This document shows, in pieces, positions 12,156 through 25,128 of a DNA stretch of 64,000 bases; position 1 is the stretch's first letter; every line of letters begins with the position of its first letter. This DNA comes from Ginglymostoma cirratum (taxonomy: Eukaryota). The position numbers and the translations under genes were made by a program. The DNA lies in the NCBI GenBank assembly GCA_024137785.1, contig JAHRHZ010000218.1, positions 31,684,574-31,748,573 of the forward strand, written 5' to 3'. Under the pieces are notes generated by a model. That model did no database searches. It was not told where the DNA came from and was given only the letters and a program-made list of their open reading frames with translations.

Positions 12156-14420
12156 ACAGCTTTTAGCCCAGGGCAGGTAAAACTACACCCATGGATATAA
12201 GATGCTGCCTTTCTGGAGCAAACATATTCAGTGTCACTGGTTCTTCCTCTCTGGAAGCCTTCTGTTTCCCTACTCGATGTCTGCTCCAGTAGAGTGACCA
12301 GCGCAACATGGGGAAATCTTAGCTTTAGTGTTTGTGTGGTCTGGCACCAGACACACTTTGGATCATTTGATACAGGATTCAGAATTATCCTCCTATTTTA
12401 CAAAAGAAGACACAGATTCAGGGTTTTTTTTCTGTCAGTGAAACATGGCATTGGTAAATTGATATCATTTTGTCTGTCTTTTACTGGCACCTGACCATAA
12501 GCTGCTGACAAGTGAATGAAATGTAATTGGGAACACTTAACGTGAATATACCATCAAAAATGCGTTCCGTAAGGCCGTGGTGTGAGAGAACCACAAATTG
12601 GTCAGCAGCTTATTGTCTGTGGGAGGCTATTTGAGGGCAGGTAAGGGAAGGAAACATGCCATTAATAAAGTGTCAAATGGAAACGTGCTAGAAATAATTA
12701 TCAATGTAGGATCAGCATGAATGTAATTACAGGTAATTGCACAGTGTAAAATCGTAGCAGGAAGAGATTAAAAATACAAAATAGTAGTGTGTTTGAAGAG
12801 AATATTTCTCAATTCCTGTTTTACTCCTAATATACAGAAGTGGCAGTTATTGTTTATGGGCATATGGCAAAAAGCTTTACTGGTGCCTGATCAACTTATC
12901 AGTTTCAATAATCTCACAGCAAATATCTGGTGCCAGCAAGTTACCAGCTGGCATCATTACAGCTGTACTGCCAGATCCACCAAACAATATCACTGTGTGT
13001 AGAAAGAATTGAGATATCTTAGTTGAACGTAGCTCGAAGATGTTGGCTGGTTATAAATGATTAGAAATTAGTGAACAGATTACTGACCTATTGTAACTTG
13101 CACAAAGGGTACAGAGGTCTGGGAATGTGTGATGGAAAGATGTGCTTTCTTCACAGCTTTTTTTTTGACAGCTTTGAATTAAATTGGCCTGGCCAAGTAA
13201 ACCAGACTGATACTGTCACTTCAAATTAATTACTGTATCTTTCTTGTTAAATTGAATGTGTAAGTGTGCATTTGAAGTAATAGGAGCTCCTCATAGGCAA
13301 CGCCCACAAAATCCAGCATTTTATTTTCGGGATAAACGACAGACAAACATGAAAGATAACAAATTCTATGGTTCTTAGCTGGAGTGTCTTTATTTTGGAG
13401 AAAGTAACTGCAAAGAATATTATTAGTGTGGATGTGGAAAATTTGGGTCTTTGATTACTGTCACAAAAATTAAAAAGAAACTCTTCAGGTCGACAATTCC
13501 AGATCATAAACTCTGTCTCCTGTTTTCTGAGATAGTAGCTATCAGTGGTAATTGCTGTTGCCATTTACACCTCCTCTATACCTATCATTTTGTTGCTTAT
13601 CTTGTACCATTATCATTCCTTTTGGCCAGGAAACAACATCCCTATTATCATATAAGCTATCTCACACCAGCCCCTTCCGCCCTCTGACATAATCAGGGAA
13701 GGTTATCTCATAGCTGGGAAACCATCATAGGGCCTGCCTTGCAATGAAGTGGGCTTGGCTGCCGTGTTTTCCATAGTGACTAGCTGTATTAATACAACCT
13801 GTGCCTCTCAATCAGTAATCCAGTAACATAACCATTCTGCTACTGCTCATATTAAATGATCACAAAAGCTAGGCACAGAAATTGGGGGTCCCAGGGCTGC
13901 CACTGGCCCTGTCCCCAGACCTATCCTGCTCCCCCCAACTCGAGTACAATGTTCCCCTCCTTTTAACCTGAGCACCATGCCCCCTTAGAGTCCTGTGCCA
14001 TTTATTAGGGCCTGATGTAGGCCCCTACTGTTCTGGGCCAAGAGAGGAGATTCCTGACAGTCTACAGATATTGGCGCCGCCTTGTACTCCCACGAGGAGC
14101 TCGAACAGTTCATCCACTTCACCAACACCTTCCACCCCAACCTGAAGTTCACCTGGACCATCTCCAACACTTCCTTTCCTGGACCTCTCTGTCTCCATCT
14201 CGGGTAACCACCTAGAAACCGATGTCCATTTCAAGCCCACTGACTCCCACAGCTACCTGGAATACACCTCCTCCCACCCACCTTCCTGTAAAAATGCCAT
14301 CCCCTATTCCCAATTCCTTCGCCTCCGCCGCATCTGCTCCCAGGATGAGGCATTCCACTCCCGCACATCTCAGATGTCCTCGTTCTTCAAGGACCACAAC
14401 ATCCCCCCCCCCCCCCCGCA

Positions 14421-15173
14421 GTGGTTGAGAATGCCCTCGACCGTGTCTCCCGCACTTCCCACAACTCATCCCACACACCCCGTCCCCGCAATAATAACCA
14501 AAAAAAAATCCCCCTCGTCCTCACGTACCACCCCACCAACCTCCGGATCCAACGCATCATCCTCCGACACTTCCACCATCTGCAATCCGACCCCACCACC
14601 AAAGACATTTTTCCCTCCCCATCCTTGTCTGCTTTCCGGAGGGACCACTCCCTCCACGACTCCCTTGTCCACTCCACACTCCCCTCCAGCCCCACCACAC
14701 CCAGCACTCTTCCCTGCAACTGCAGGAAGTGCTACACATGCCCCCACACCTCCTCCCTCACCCCAATCCCAGGCCCCAAGAAGACTTTCCACATCAAGCA
14801 GATGTTCACCTGCACATCTGCCAATGTGGTATACTGCATCCGCTGTACCCGTTGTGGCTTCCTCTACATCGGGGAAACCAAGCGGAGGCTTGGGGACCGC
14901 TTTGCAGAACACTTGTGCTCAGTTCGCAACAAACAACTGCACCTCCCAGTCGCGAACCATTTCAACTCCCCCTCCCATTCCTCAGACGACATTTCCATCC
15001 TGGGCCTCCTGCAATGCCACAGTGATGCCACCCGATGGCTGCAGGAACAGCAAATCATATTCAGCCTGGGAACCCTGCAGCCCAATGGTATCAATGTGGA
15101 TTTCACAAGCTTCAAAATCTCCCCTCCCCCAACCGCATCCCAAAACCAGCCCAGCTCGTCCCCGCCTCCCTAA
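14421..15173 (+). pseudogene. PLE ORF segment encoding the GIY-YIG endonuclease domain
   Basis: 250-aa open frame with the VVY(x10)YIG motif, conserved R and H residues and the C-terminal GIN. Confidence 0.9.
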
Positions 15174-15442
15174 CCTGTTCTTCCTCTCACCTATCCCCTC
15201 CTCCCACCTCACGCCGCACCCCCATCTCCTATCTACCAACCTCATCCTGCCCCCTTGACCTGTCCATCCTCCCTGGACTGACCTATCTCCTCCCTACCCT
15301 CCACCTACACTCACCTTTACTGGCTCCATCCCCGCCTCTTCGACTTGTCTGCCTCCTCTCCACCTATCCTCTCCTCCATCCATCTTCTATCCGCCTCCCC
15401 CTCCTCTCCCTATTTATTTTAGAACCCTCTTCCCCTCCCTCA

Positions 15443-15476
15443 TTTCTGATGAAGGGTCTAGGCCCGAAACGTCAAG
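15443..15476 (+). ncRNA. Minimal type-I hammerhead ribozyme in the PLE family-A tail
   Basis: UUU-CUGAUGA-A-GGGU(CUAG)GCCC-GAAA-CG-UC^AAG; palindromic ACGU stem III; predicted cut after C15473. Confidence 0.8.
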
Positions 15477-15857
15477 CTTTCCTGCTCCTATGATGCTGCT
15501 TGGCCTGCTGTGTTCATCCAGCCCCACACCTTGTTATCTTGGATTCTCCAGCATCTGCAGTACCTTTTATCTGTGATCATTATTAAATTTCTCCCAAAAT
15601 GCGCTCAAGAGCATTGGTGTTGAGCAAATGTTACAGGGCTTGTTAAAGTCACAGTGCATATATGGGAATAAGAGGTGAGAAATTGCCAGTGAATCCATCA
15701 AGCTGCCTCACCACACGATAGTTGGAGCCTAGAGTCATAGAGTTACGCAGCACAGATTGATGATTAAGTACTTCCTCAGTCACTCCCCCACCCCCACCAG
15801 CCTTTACCAAGCCTAGTCATATGATCTCGCAGAAGAAAAATTTAAAAAATAATGAGT

Positions 15858-16190
15858 GGTATAGATAAGGTGAATGGCAGGTGGCTTTTCCCTAGGCTGG
15901 GGTATTTCAAGTCTAGGGGGCGTATTTTTAAGGTGAGATGAGAACGATTTAAAAAAGACACAAGGGGCAGTTTTTTCCAGAAAAAGTGGTTCATGTGTGG
16001 AATGAACTTCCAGAGGAAGTAGTGGATGTGGGTACAGTTACAAAAGACATTTAGATAAACTTATGAATAAGAAATGTTTTGAGGGGTATGGGCCAAGTGC
16101 AGGCAGGTAGGACTAGTTTAGTTTGGGATTATGGTTGGCATGGACTGGTTGGATCAAAGGGTCTGTGTCCGTGCTGTGTGAGTATGACTC
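15858..16190 (+). mobile_element. CR1 LINE 3' end
   Basis: TTTAAGGTGAGA..TGTGGAATGAACTTCCAGAGGAAGT..GGGCCAAGTGCAGG; closely similar to 53205-53635. Confidence 0.85.
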
Positions 16191-17149
16191 CGTAAAAACA
16201 AGGTGGTGATCCCGTAGCAAAGGAAACCAACTTGGAGGGGAAAAAGATCTCTTGTTGGAACCGCTCCGCACTCCCAGCCAAGTTTCTTAAAACCAGACCA
16301 GAAGATCATAACAATCAAGTGCTATCTAGAAAGGTAGTTGTCTTCTGTATGACATGATCTTTGCCCAATGAGGAACTTTCTCCCCCTCCTCTTGAAGGCT
16401 GAAGGAGAGACGGCACCACCACTACACAATGCACTCGTGTTTGAGTGCACTGCCGAAATTCAGCCTGTAAATCTAAGACATGATTTTAAATATCACTGTA
16501 ATGGTGATGTTTGAATAGTATGGAAAAACATTCCAGGACTGGGAAGCGACAAGAGTTGATTCAATCGTGCAACCAAGTCTGCAAACCACTTCAAATTTCT
16601 TTAGTTAGAAGCGCTGGCTCGGTTTCGAAGATTATGGCTAAACTGCAACTTTTTATTGTGTTAATATTGCATGATATTTTACTGATTTGAAATATGCTGT
16701 CATAAAGAATACAGGCTATATATGTCTCTGTGTATGTATGTATGAATTAGTTTAATGACTATAAATTCAGATTATAGTCTTTAAGGTAACTTTTTTCTAA
16801 TGTTTTCATGGTAGGTGGCTGTCTCTGTCTAAGCCACCATTTATTCACAATCCTGAATTGCCTTTGTGAAGGTAGTGGAGAGCCACCCCCTTGAATCACT
16901 CCAGTCCATCTCATGTAGATTCACACACAGTGCTGTTAGGGAGGTACCATCCGAGATTAAAAATGCTGGGTCCTTTCTGCATTAGCTTTTATAAATATGC
17001 AGTTTCTGAATTTAAATTTCTCAGTTTTGGACATTATGGAACTATTTACTTTAATAAAAATTTATTCGGAAAGATGATGCAACATTAAACTGAGACTTTG
17101 TCTGCCCTTTCAGGAAAATGAAAATAATCACATCACACCATTTAAAAAC

Positions 17150-17380
17150 CAGGGGAGAATTTCCAGTGCCCAACTGATATTTATCACACAGGCAACATCA
17201 CTGGAACATTGTTATCTCATTGCTGTTTGTAGGACCTTGCTGAATGCAAATTGAATGCCCTGTTTACCTAGATTGTAACAGAGAGAGTACCCTTTGATAG
17301 CACTTGATTGGCTGTAAAGCAACCTTGAATGTGCAAAGGTCATGAGATGTGCTTTGTGAATACAAATCCCTTCCTGCAAT
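17150..17380 (+). mobile_element. Deu-domain SINE (SacSINE/AmnSINE1-like) fragment
   Basis: CTCATTGCTGTTTGTAGGACCTTGCTG..CAAATTG..ATTGGCTGTAAAGC resembles the Deu-domain and tail. Confidence 0.65.
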
Positions 17381-19749
17381 TTGAATAAATAGATAATTCA
17401 ATTTTTATGATAAAAATAGCTGCATATCAACAGGATTAGAGTTGTATCTCCTAAAAATACAGAATATAAATTAAAAAAACAATTTATTCTTCGGCACATT
17501 AGATTTGGACATGGTAACCCACTATATGTAAGCATCCTGGATTATGGTTTTCCTAGATTCAAAATGCTGTCCTATACTGAAAAATCCTGTTTATTATGTA
17601 CATTAATGAAGATTCATTTTATTAACACGTTCAATGTGCATGTTTTACCAATACATTGAAATTGATGATTGCATTTTCCATTTAAATTATATGCAATTTA
17701 TTATGTTTAAATATAATTTTATTTAAATTCCTTATTTAGTTTGTAATTATGGTGAAGAATATACATATAATTTGGAATCTGAAAGTGGCAGCATTGTAGA
17801 CACCATCAGTGTTGATAGTATCTCAGATCGCTGCGAAAAGTCAAAGCTGTCACATCTATTCCACATCTTCATTGTTTTGATTTTAGGAGCAGTGGGGATT
17901 GAAGCAATTTTCACATTAGACTGTCATTTCTGCCAACCACCATCTGCATTGCTGTTTTACCAGTGAGATGGATTTTTAACATACAATATTGACCAGAATG
18001 TATCGTATATATTCAAAACCTTACACATTATTATATTTTAAAATTTATGTTTCTTTTTTATCTTCTATTCATCCAAAGACATGGGGAAAATGATATGATT
18101 TCCATAGTGCTCCTCCAGTACTTTAAGAAGTTTTTTTGTTAAAACTGCTATAAATGTAACTGTTTTTCCTACTATTTGACCTGTCATAGAGCTGGGGCCC
18201 ATACTGTGAAAAACAGAGGATTGAACTGCTGATAATGAACTTGCTAGCTGTTTTTATTTCTGTCCTAGAATTTCTGGAGTTACTAGGCCAAGTAGAATAA
18301 TTAGAATATATGTTAGATGGACATGATATCAAGCAGAAAGTGTCTACTGTGATAATTTGCATTTCAAGGACTCAGAGTAAAATTATCAACATACATTTGA
18401 GAGCAGTCAAAAAGCAGTTACTCAAGATATGCCCTTCTCTCTGTTGACAGCAGCTAGATGGTTAAACTGAACATTTAGTAAATCAATGGAATAGCATGAC
18501 CTTTATCAGAGTCTGTATCTACTTGGAAATACTTAAATTTGGGCTCCACGTCATGAGATTTAGATTCAGTTAAATGGGGATTTTTCGTTTGATTTATTTC
18601 CATCTTTAATGATGTCTTTCTTACGTGGAAACAAATGACAAATTTGTGGTTCTACTTTTGCACTGTAAAATTATTTTTCACTATTGCATACGCTATGCGT
18701 ACACATAAAAAATAAAACTAAAATAATCTGTAAAATTACTTAGAAGTATGAATACAAATTGCAGTGGTTGATTATAGAGTATTGTCCAGCTTGGGTGTAC
18801 TGAGCTGAATGTACCTGCAATGGAAGGAAAATCAGTGTGTGAACTGATGAATCAGAGGTGTTAAGTGATTTCTGAGTTTGTTCACACTGCATAATCACAG
18901 GGACATGTAAACGTCTGGTAAAGCGAATTCTGTAAATCAAACTAAGACAACTAATGATTCTGGGGCAGTGTCAAAATCGATGATTTATCAGGGCGGTCTG
19001 GAATTTGAACATTTTAACAAATGAGAGTTTCTGCAATGCAAGGTTTACCCTGTGGCAACCTCGTGAGCGGAAAGACAATTCCAGAGGGCTGTATCTGCCT
19101 GATAAGTGAATGCAGACTCTATTCAACCAGAAATAATCTGCAAGTCCTGGAGAAATGCAATTTAAAGATCAGGAAGTGCTCGCCAACACATCTAATCAGA
19201 TAGTTTGTTGAAGAGGAAGCTTCTGAGATTGAATTGAAGGGGATAACTTCTCCTGTATAGTGAGCAACCAAATGAATAGGTAGTGCCAGAATTTTTTCCA
19301 TTTTTTTTGACTGAAATGCATGATGGATGAGAGATACTATCAGCCAGTGCCTAATTAAACTGCATTTAATCTTTATTCTACCAGATACACTTTGATTTAT
19401 GATCGTTTATTATTTAACAGGGCTTGCTTTCATTTAAAATTCTCCTCATTGATTTATATCAGACCAATACAAATATATTGTCAGATAATCCTGTAATGAA
19501 GGGAAAGAGCTGCACTTCTCATTTTCCAAACAGCTACACTCTCTCTGGATCTCGCTAAACCAGATGATATACACTATTGTCTCGGTTACTCAGTGCGATT
19601 GTGGCTTTATGAAGTTTAGGTCTTGGCATGAGGTTTTGCAGAAATCAGAACTTTCTGCTTATTCATGCACTGCAATGAACTTTTGGAACAGAGCTGATCC
19701 AGGTTTCAGACTGTTATGAAAGTTGCAAAATCTTGAAAGAAAGGGTTGT

Positions 19750-20112
19750 CAATTATAGGAATGTAGGAGAAGGATTGAAGACCATTTGGCACTTTGAGCC
19801 AGCTCTGCTGTTCAAAAAGATCATGGTTGACCTGATTCTAGTCTTGATTCCTCTTTTCACGTGTGCCCACCCCTATAACCGTTGGGAACGTTGTCAATCA
19901 AAAATATGTCTAAGTCAGCCTTGATCAAATTCAATATCCCAGTGTCCACTGCTTTTTAGGGAAGAGAATTTCAGACTATTGACCCTTTGAGAGAAAGGAA
20001 TTCACCTTGTCTCTGTCTTCAAAATGAGACCTTTTTTTGTCTTTAAATGGTGTCCTGTAGTTCTAGTCAGTCCTAGAAAGGAAAACAACCTCTCAGAATG
20101 TATCCTGTCAAG
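19750..20112 (-). mobile_element. Old CR1 3' fragment
   Basis: GATCATGGTTGA..GGGAAGAGAATTTCAGAC..GACCCTTTGAGAGAA matches the reverse CR1 3' end at 2144-2520. Confidence 0.7.
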
Positions 20113-20114
20113 TT

Positions 20115-20525
20115 ATATAGCTACTTTCATGACCTCAGGATATTCTAAAGTGTTTTACAGCTGAAGACGTACTCTTGAAGTTTAGTTCTTATGTTAGTTA
20201 GGAAATATAGTAACAAATATGAGTACAGCAGGCTCCCACAAACAATAATAGGATAATGTTTACTGTTCTTTTGTTAGTGACTTAGAGTGGAAAATATTGT
20301 TCAAGGCCATGCCATGTTCTTCTTCAAAATAGTATCATGGAATCATTTATGTGCACCTGAGAGAGCAGACAGTTCCTTAATTTTAATGTCTCATCCAAGA
20401 GACAATATCTCCAATAGTGTTGCACTGCCACACTGTCACACTGAGCTGTAAAGTTTGATTCTGAACTCAATTCTCTAAAATTGGACTCGACACCACAATC
20501 TTCTGATTTGGAGATTACCACTGAA
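20115..20525 (-). mobile_element. Deu-domain SINE, near full length
   Basis: GACCTCAGGATATTCTAAAGTGTTTTACAGC..ACAGCAGGCTCCCACAAACA..CACCTGAGAGAGCAGAC, ending in a reverse tRNA-like head. Confidence 0.7.
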
Positions 20526-20639
20526 AATTGAAGACAACCAATAACATTGGTGCAAAAAGTTTTCTTTGCACTGATGGAAGTATCTGCTTCCTATTCCTTT
20601 ATGTACAGTGAATGAATAGCAATTTTTTGACGTAAGTTG

Positions 20640-21124
20640 TGTAATGGTTTCTAGTCTGCAGAGCTGCCAAGCCAGGGGAGTTTGGATTGATATCTTTAAG
20701 TTGCTAGAGATTAAAAAAATGCTCCATCAAAATTGTGAAAAGTTATGCAGTAAATTTGGAAAGGAACTTTATAAAAAAGGATCCATGAGGAAGGAGCTGG
20801 ACAGTGTCAATTGAGCAAAAATTTAAGAAGCTGACATAGGAGTTGGTTTTCTCTGAGATTGTGTTTCTGTAATGGATAGTGTTGGTAACTTTGTTTTGAT
20901 GTTTGACTAAATATCTTTTACATTATCATCTCAGTAAGTATATTTATTTGTTTGTATCTATTTTAATAAACTTATGATCTGTTGTTAAAGAACAACTGCA
21001 GCCTCATGTGAATGTGTCAATAAATAAGTGCCATGTTAATTTACAGCAGAAGTTAAGTGACTCATCATTCAAGCTATTCTGAGATCTGACTCGTACAGTA
21101 TTAGCATCATCTGCAATCCTAACA
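20640..21124 (+). repeat. Putative solo-LTR-like repeat
   Basis: AATAAAC..TGTTAAAG..GCAGCCTCATGTG..AGATCTGACT, ending TAACA. An inverted homologue lies at ~54124-54300. The 5' boundary is uncertain. Confidence 0.35.
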
Positions 21125-21774
21125 AATTCAAATTTGAGTTGTTGATGAATGGAATAGATTGACACTCAAGTGTTAGAGGGATTCTGGCTCAGTAAAAGCA
21201 TTCAGGATATATTGTTGATTCCTTCAAAGATCTTGAGGTAAGTGTCTCATTGGGGAGGATCAGATTAGCTCTTGACATAAAACATCAGTGGCTGGAGTGC
21301 TGCCAAATTACCAAATAAATTTGTGCTGTTATCCTCTATTGGTGCAAGTGAGAGCAGTGATAATATCAATCAATGTGGCCATTGGCTTCTATCAAACTGT
21401 CTTCCTAATAGGAGTTGATATTTTTTGTCGGTGTTTAGTGTTTGCATTCTGTTCTCTTTTCATGAGAAATTGACCACTGGCATATCCGAAACAGCAACAT
21501 TTTTTTTTGGCTGCTGTCTCTCTCAATGAGTTTCATTTGTGTCATGGTAGTTAACTTAGTGTTAACCTTCACCTGGTGTGGCTCAGGACCCTAACTCTGT
21601 CATAGCAGTCTCTTCTAAAATTTGCTGCAGAGGAAGTCCTGGAAGGTATAAAGCTTCCTTGCTTTTGTCCTTGGCCAGTTGAGGGTTCTGTTTCTGCTCA
21701 CCTCTACCCTTGCCCTTCCATACAGTTAGCCAGCAGGATTCATCACAATTAATGGCTGCGTCCTAGTTGTCAGT

Positions 21775-22452
21775 GTTAATGTCCATCACCACTTGACATT
21801 CAATGGTTTTACCATCATGTGAATACCCCACTATCAACATCCTGGGAGTTACCAATTGTCAGAGACTGAACTGGACTCTCCATGGAAGTACAATGTTTAC
21901 GAGAGCAGGTCAGAGGCTAGGAATCCTGCAGTGAGTAACTCACCTTCTGACTCACCAAAGTCTGTCCAAGGTACAAGTCAGGACGGGATGGAATAATCCA
22001 CACTTTCCTGGTTGGATGCAGCTCCAACAAATATTTATAAAGCTTGACACCATCCAGGACAAAGCAGCCTGCTTCATTGGCACCAGATCCACAAACATCC
22101 CCTTCCTCCAGCACCGATGCTAAGGAGCAGCATTGCGCACAATTTACAAGATGTACTTAAGAAATTCACCAAGCCTTCTTAGACAGCACCTTCCAAATCC
22201 ACGACCCCGTCCATCTAGAAAGACAAAGGCTGGCAGATACATGGGAATGCCTCCACCAAGCCACTCACCATCCTGACTTGGAAGTATTCCGCTGTTTCAT
22301 CAGTGACGCTGAGTCAAAATCCTTGAACTCATTGTGAGTCTACCTACAATACGTGAACTGTAGTAGTTCAAAAAGGCAGCTCACTAAGGGCAACTAGGGA
22401 TGGGAAATAAATGCTGCCCCAGCCAGTGGTGCCCACATCCCATGAGTAAATG
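21775..22452 (+). mobile_element. CR1/L2-group LINE (second family) 3' fragment
   Basis: Degenerate INILGVT..LNW..RAGQRLGIL..KLDTIQDKAACFIG; tail GGGCAACTAGGGATGGGAAATAAATGCTG..GCCCACATCCCATGA. Confidence 0.85.
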
Positions 22453-23208
22453 TCTTCACACCTCACTTGCAGGTGGTGTTGTAGCTGAGATGTCATCATT
22501 CAGCAGATTGTGATCCAGAGGTGAGTTCACTCACCAGAGGGTCTGTGAGAGGGCAGTTTGGTGTTCAGTCAGATCGCTGTTGATCTGTGCTTACTCGTTC
22601 AGCTTGGACATATGGATCACAAAAACTGTGAAGTGATATGTTGATTTCAGCATCAAGTGACAGATTGCTAGAGATTGTGGAGCCGAGACACGTGAAGCTA
22701 TCAATAACTTCTCACTGTCACACTGCCTACTATTATCTATCAACATTGACAATGTGCTGCACCATGGCATTTGTCTTGATTTTAATGGTCATTCAAAGTC
22801 TTAATGGAAATGAGAGGCTTGATATGATCTGCTGAAAGTGTTTCTCTGCATGGAACACTGGTGAGACATCATTGGCAGAGCAAAAATGTAATTGATTTTC
22901 ATAAAATAGTACAAATTCATGGAATGTTGCATACCACTTAATACCCACAAAAGACCTAGCTTAGCCCTCATTTGAGATGAAGGGTTACTTTAAAAGCCAT
23001 CTTTGCTCTTGCGTAGCAGTCTCTTGTCATTCTGTATTGAGAGCTGATTTCAGAACAACAAATCTATCTTATCCCGACATTTATGACTGTTCCACTTCTT
23101 TACAAAGAAGCTTGTGCTTCTTGGCATGGCAAATTGTATTAATAAATTGGTAGCCAAGCTATAGAAGCACCTGTACTTCGCAGGTTTGCTATGACTATTC
23201 ATCACATA

Positions 23209-24067
23209 TTGCAGCAGGATCTTGATCAGCTGGGGAAGTGGGCTGAGAAATGGCAAATGGAGTTTAATATAGATAAGTGTGAGGTGTTGCATTTTGGAAC
23301 GTCAAATCAACGTAGGAGTTTCATGGTGAATGGTAGGGCCTGAAGGAGTGTAGTGGAACAGAGGGACCTTGGAGTTCAGGTATATAGTTCTCTGAAAGTG
23401 GAGTCACAGGTAGACAGGGCAGTGAAGAAGGTTTTTGGCACATTGGCCTTCATCAGTCAGGGCATTGAGTACAGAAGTTGGGAAGGTATGTTTCAGTTAA
23501 ACAGGATTTTGGTGAGGCCATGCTTAGAGTATTGTGTTCAGCTTTTGGTCACTATGCTATAGGAACGATGTTATTAAACTGGAAAGAGTGCAGAAGAAAT
23601 TTACAAGGATGTTGTCAGGATTCGACGGATTGAGCTATAGGGAGAGGTTGGACAAGCTAGGACATTTTTCTTTAGAGCATAGGAAACTGAGGGGGGATCT
23701 TACAGGAGTGTACAAAATCATGAGAGGCATGGATAGGGTGAATGCACTCAGTCTTTTTCCCAGGGTTGGGGAATCGAGGACTAAAGGGCATCAGTTTAAG
23801 GTAAGAGGCGAAAGAATACATGGGAACCTGAGGGGCAACTTTTTTGACAGAGGGTGGTTCACATATGGAATAAGCTGCCAGCAGAAGTGGTTGAGTTGGG
23901 TACATTAACAACATTTAAAAGGCATTTATATGAATACATGGATAAGAAAGGTTTAGAAGGATATGGGCCAAGTGCAGGGAAATGGGGTTAGTGTGAATGG
24001 GTATTTTGGTCGGTACAGACCTGTTTGGGCCGAACAGCCTGTCTCTGTGCTGTTGGACTCTATGACT
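23209..24067 (+). mobile_element. CR1 LINE 3' fragment
   Basis: ORFs EQRDLGVQV..RPCLEYCVQ and LERVQKKFTRML..LRGDL..YKIMRG; ends ACTCTATGACT. Confidence 0.95.
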
Positions 24068-25096
24068 CACTGGTCAAATGTTTCTACATTTACATATCTA
24101 TTGGAAAAACTATATGATTGAAAGTCTAACCGCAAGTTTAGTCAAGAATCACTGCTGAAATTTTGTGCCTTTTTAACTTGAAGAGTTGTAATTTTAATTT
24201 TAAACTTGAATTCATTTGTGTAAACAAGTGAACTTAATAATTTGTGGTGGATGATTATGGGAGAGTTAACAGTGTCCATATCACTGGTGAGTCACATTGC
24301 TCCAGCTTGAAGGATATCAGATATCAATAAATCCAGCAGCAATATTTCCAAGATGTACAGGGTGTCCAATTTAGCATTCATCTCTTAATCAGCATATATA
24401 TGGGAAAAAACTTACCTGTTCATATATCTCCTGCTGTTTATGGGAACTTGTGTGCAAATTGGCTGGTGTTTTTTCTGAAATTACAACAGTGACCAGAATT
24501 TGAGGACATTCCTTTTGCTTCAACAGTGCCTTTCAATGCCCTAAGATCATAAAATGTGCTGAATTACTACAAATTTTGATCTTGTCGTAATTTCCTGCAG
24601 CCAACAACTAGATTTGTGGTGTGCATAAGTTTTCCACCACTAACATGTACTCCGTCTATAATAAAGTAAGGTGCTTCAACGGGCTTCAGCAGCACAAAAA
24701 ACCACTTCAAAGGGCTATTTTATGGCCAACAAGTTCTGGAGTGCTCAAGCACCACAATGAGCCAATGTAACTGTCTGCCACCAAAACCCTGGTCCTTTTC
24801 TTTTGCCTTCTTGAGTTTTCCCACGTTTTGGGAAGCTGTGCATCTGGCAAACAAAAGATACGATTGTGACTTTCCAAATGTTTTTGTGTGCCCCTTAACA
24901 TTGCAGAATTCACTGGCACGTTGACAAGCAAGAAAGTACCCAAGGTATGACCAAGCAAATCCAATAGAACAAGTTCTGTTCAAAGCATTCCTGTGCCTTT
25001 ATTCATGGAGAATTAGAGAGGGACAGATGTCTGGGAGGGTTGAATAAACCTGCCAGCTGATAAGAATGAACAGTGGTGGGAGTGACGAGTACCTGA

Positions 25097-25097
<1 letters not shown>

Positions 25098-25128
<31 letters not shown>
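25098..25128 (+). repeat. (TGTC)n microsatellite
   Basis: About 7.5 perfect units. Confidence 0.95.

Larger units (their letters stand above)
14068..15572 (+). mobile_element. Penelope-like element (Neptune-type), 5'-truncated: RT C-terminus, Cys-rich linker, GIY-YIG endonuclease and hammerhead-bearing tail
   Basis: Translates as HPNLKFTW..FLDL..DVHFKPTDSHSYLEYTSSHP..SQFLRLRRICS, then CNCRKCYTC and VVYCIRCTRCGFLYIGET..RFAEH..HFN..GIN. Frameshifts near 14175 and at poly-C 14403-14417. Confidence 0.95.

Noticed and set aside
14374-15493. Overlapping Pro-rich ORFs on both strands
   Set aside because: Alternative frames of the C-rich PLE; only the RT/GIY-YIG frame has motifs.
13855-15581. 10-bp inverted match AATGATCACA / TGTGATCATT around the PLE
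   Set aside because: Short, AT-rich and 200 bp away from the PLE 5' end; compatible with chance. No TSD could be assigned to this copy.
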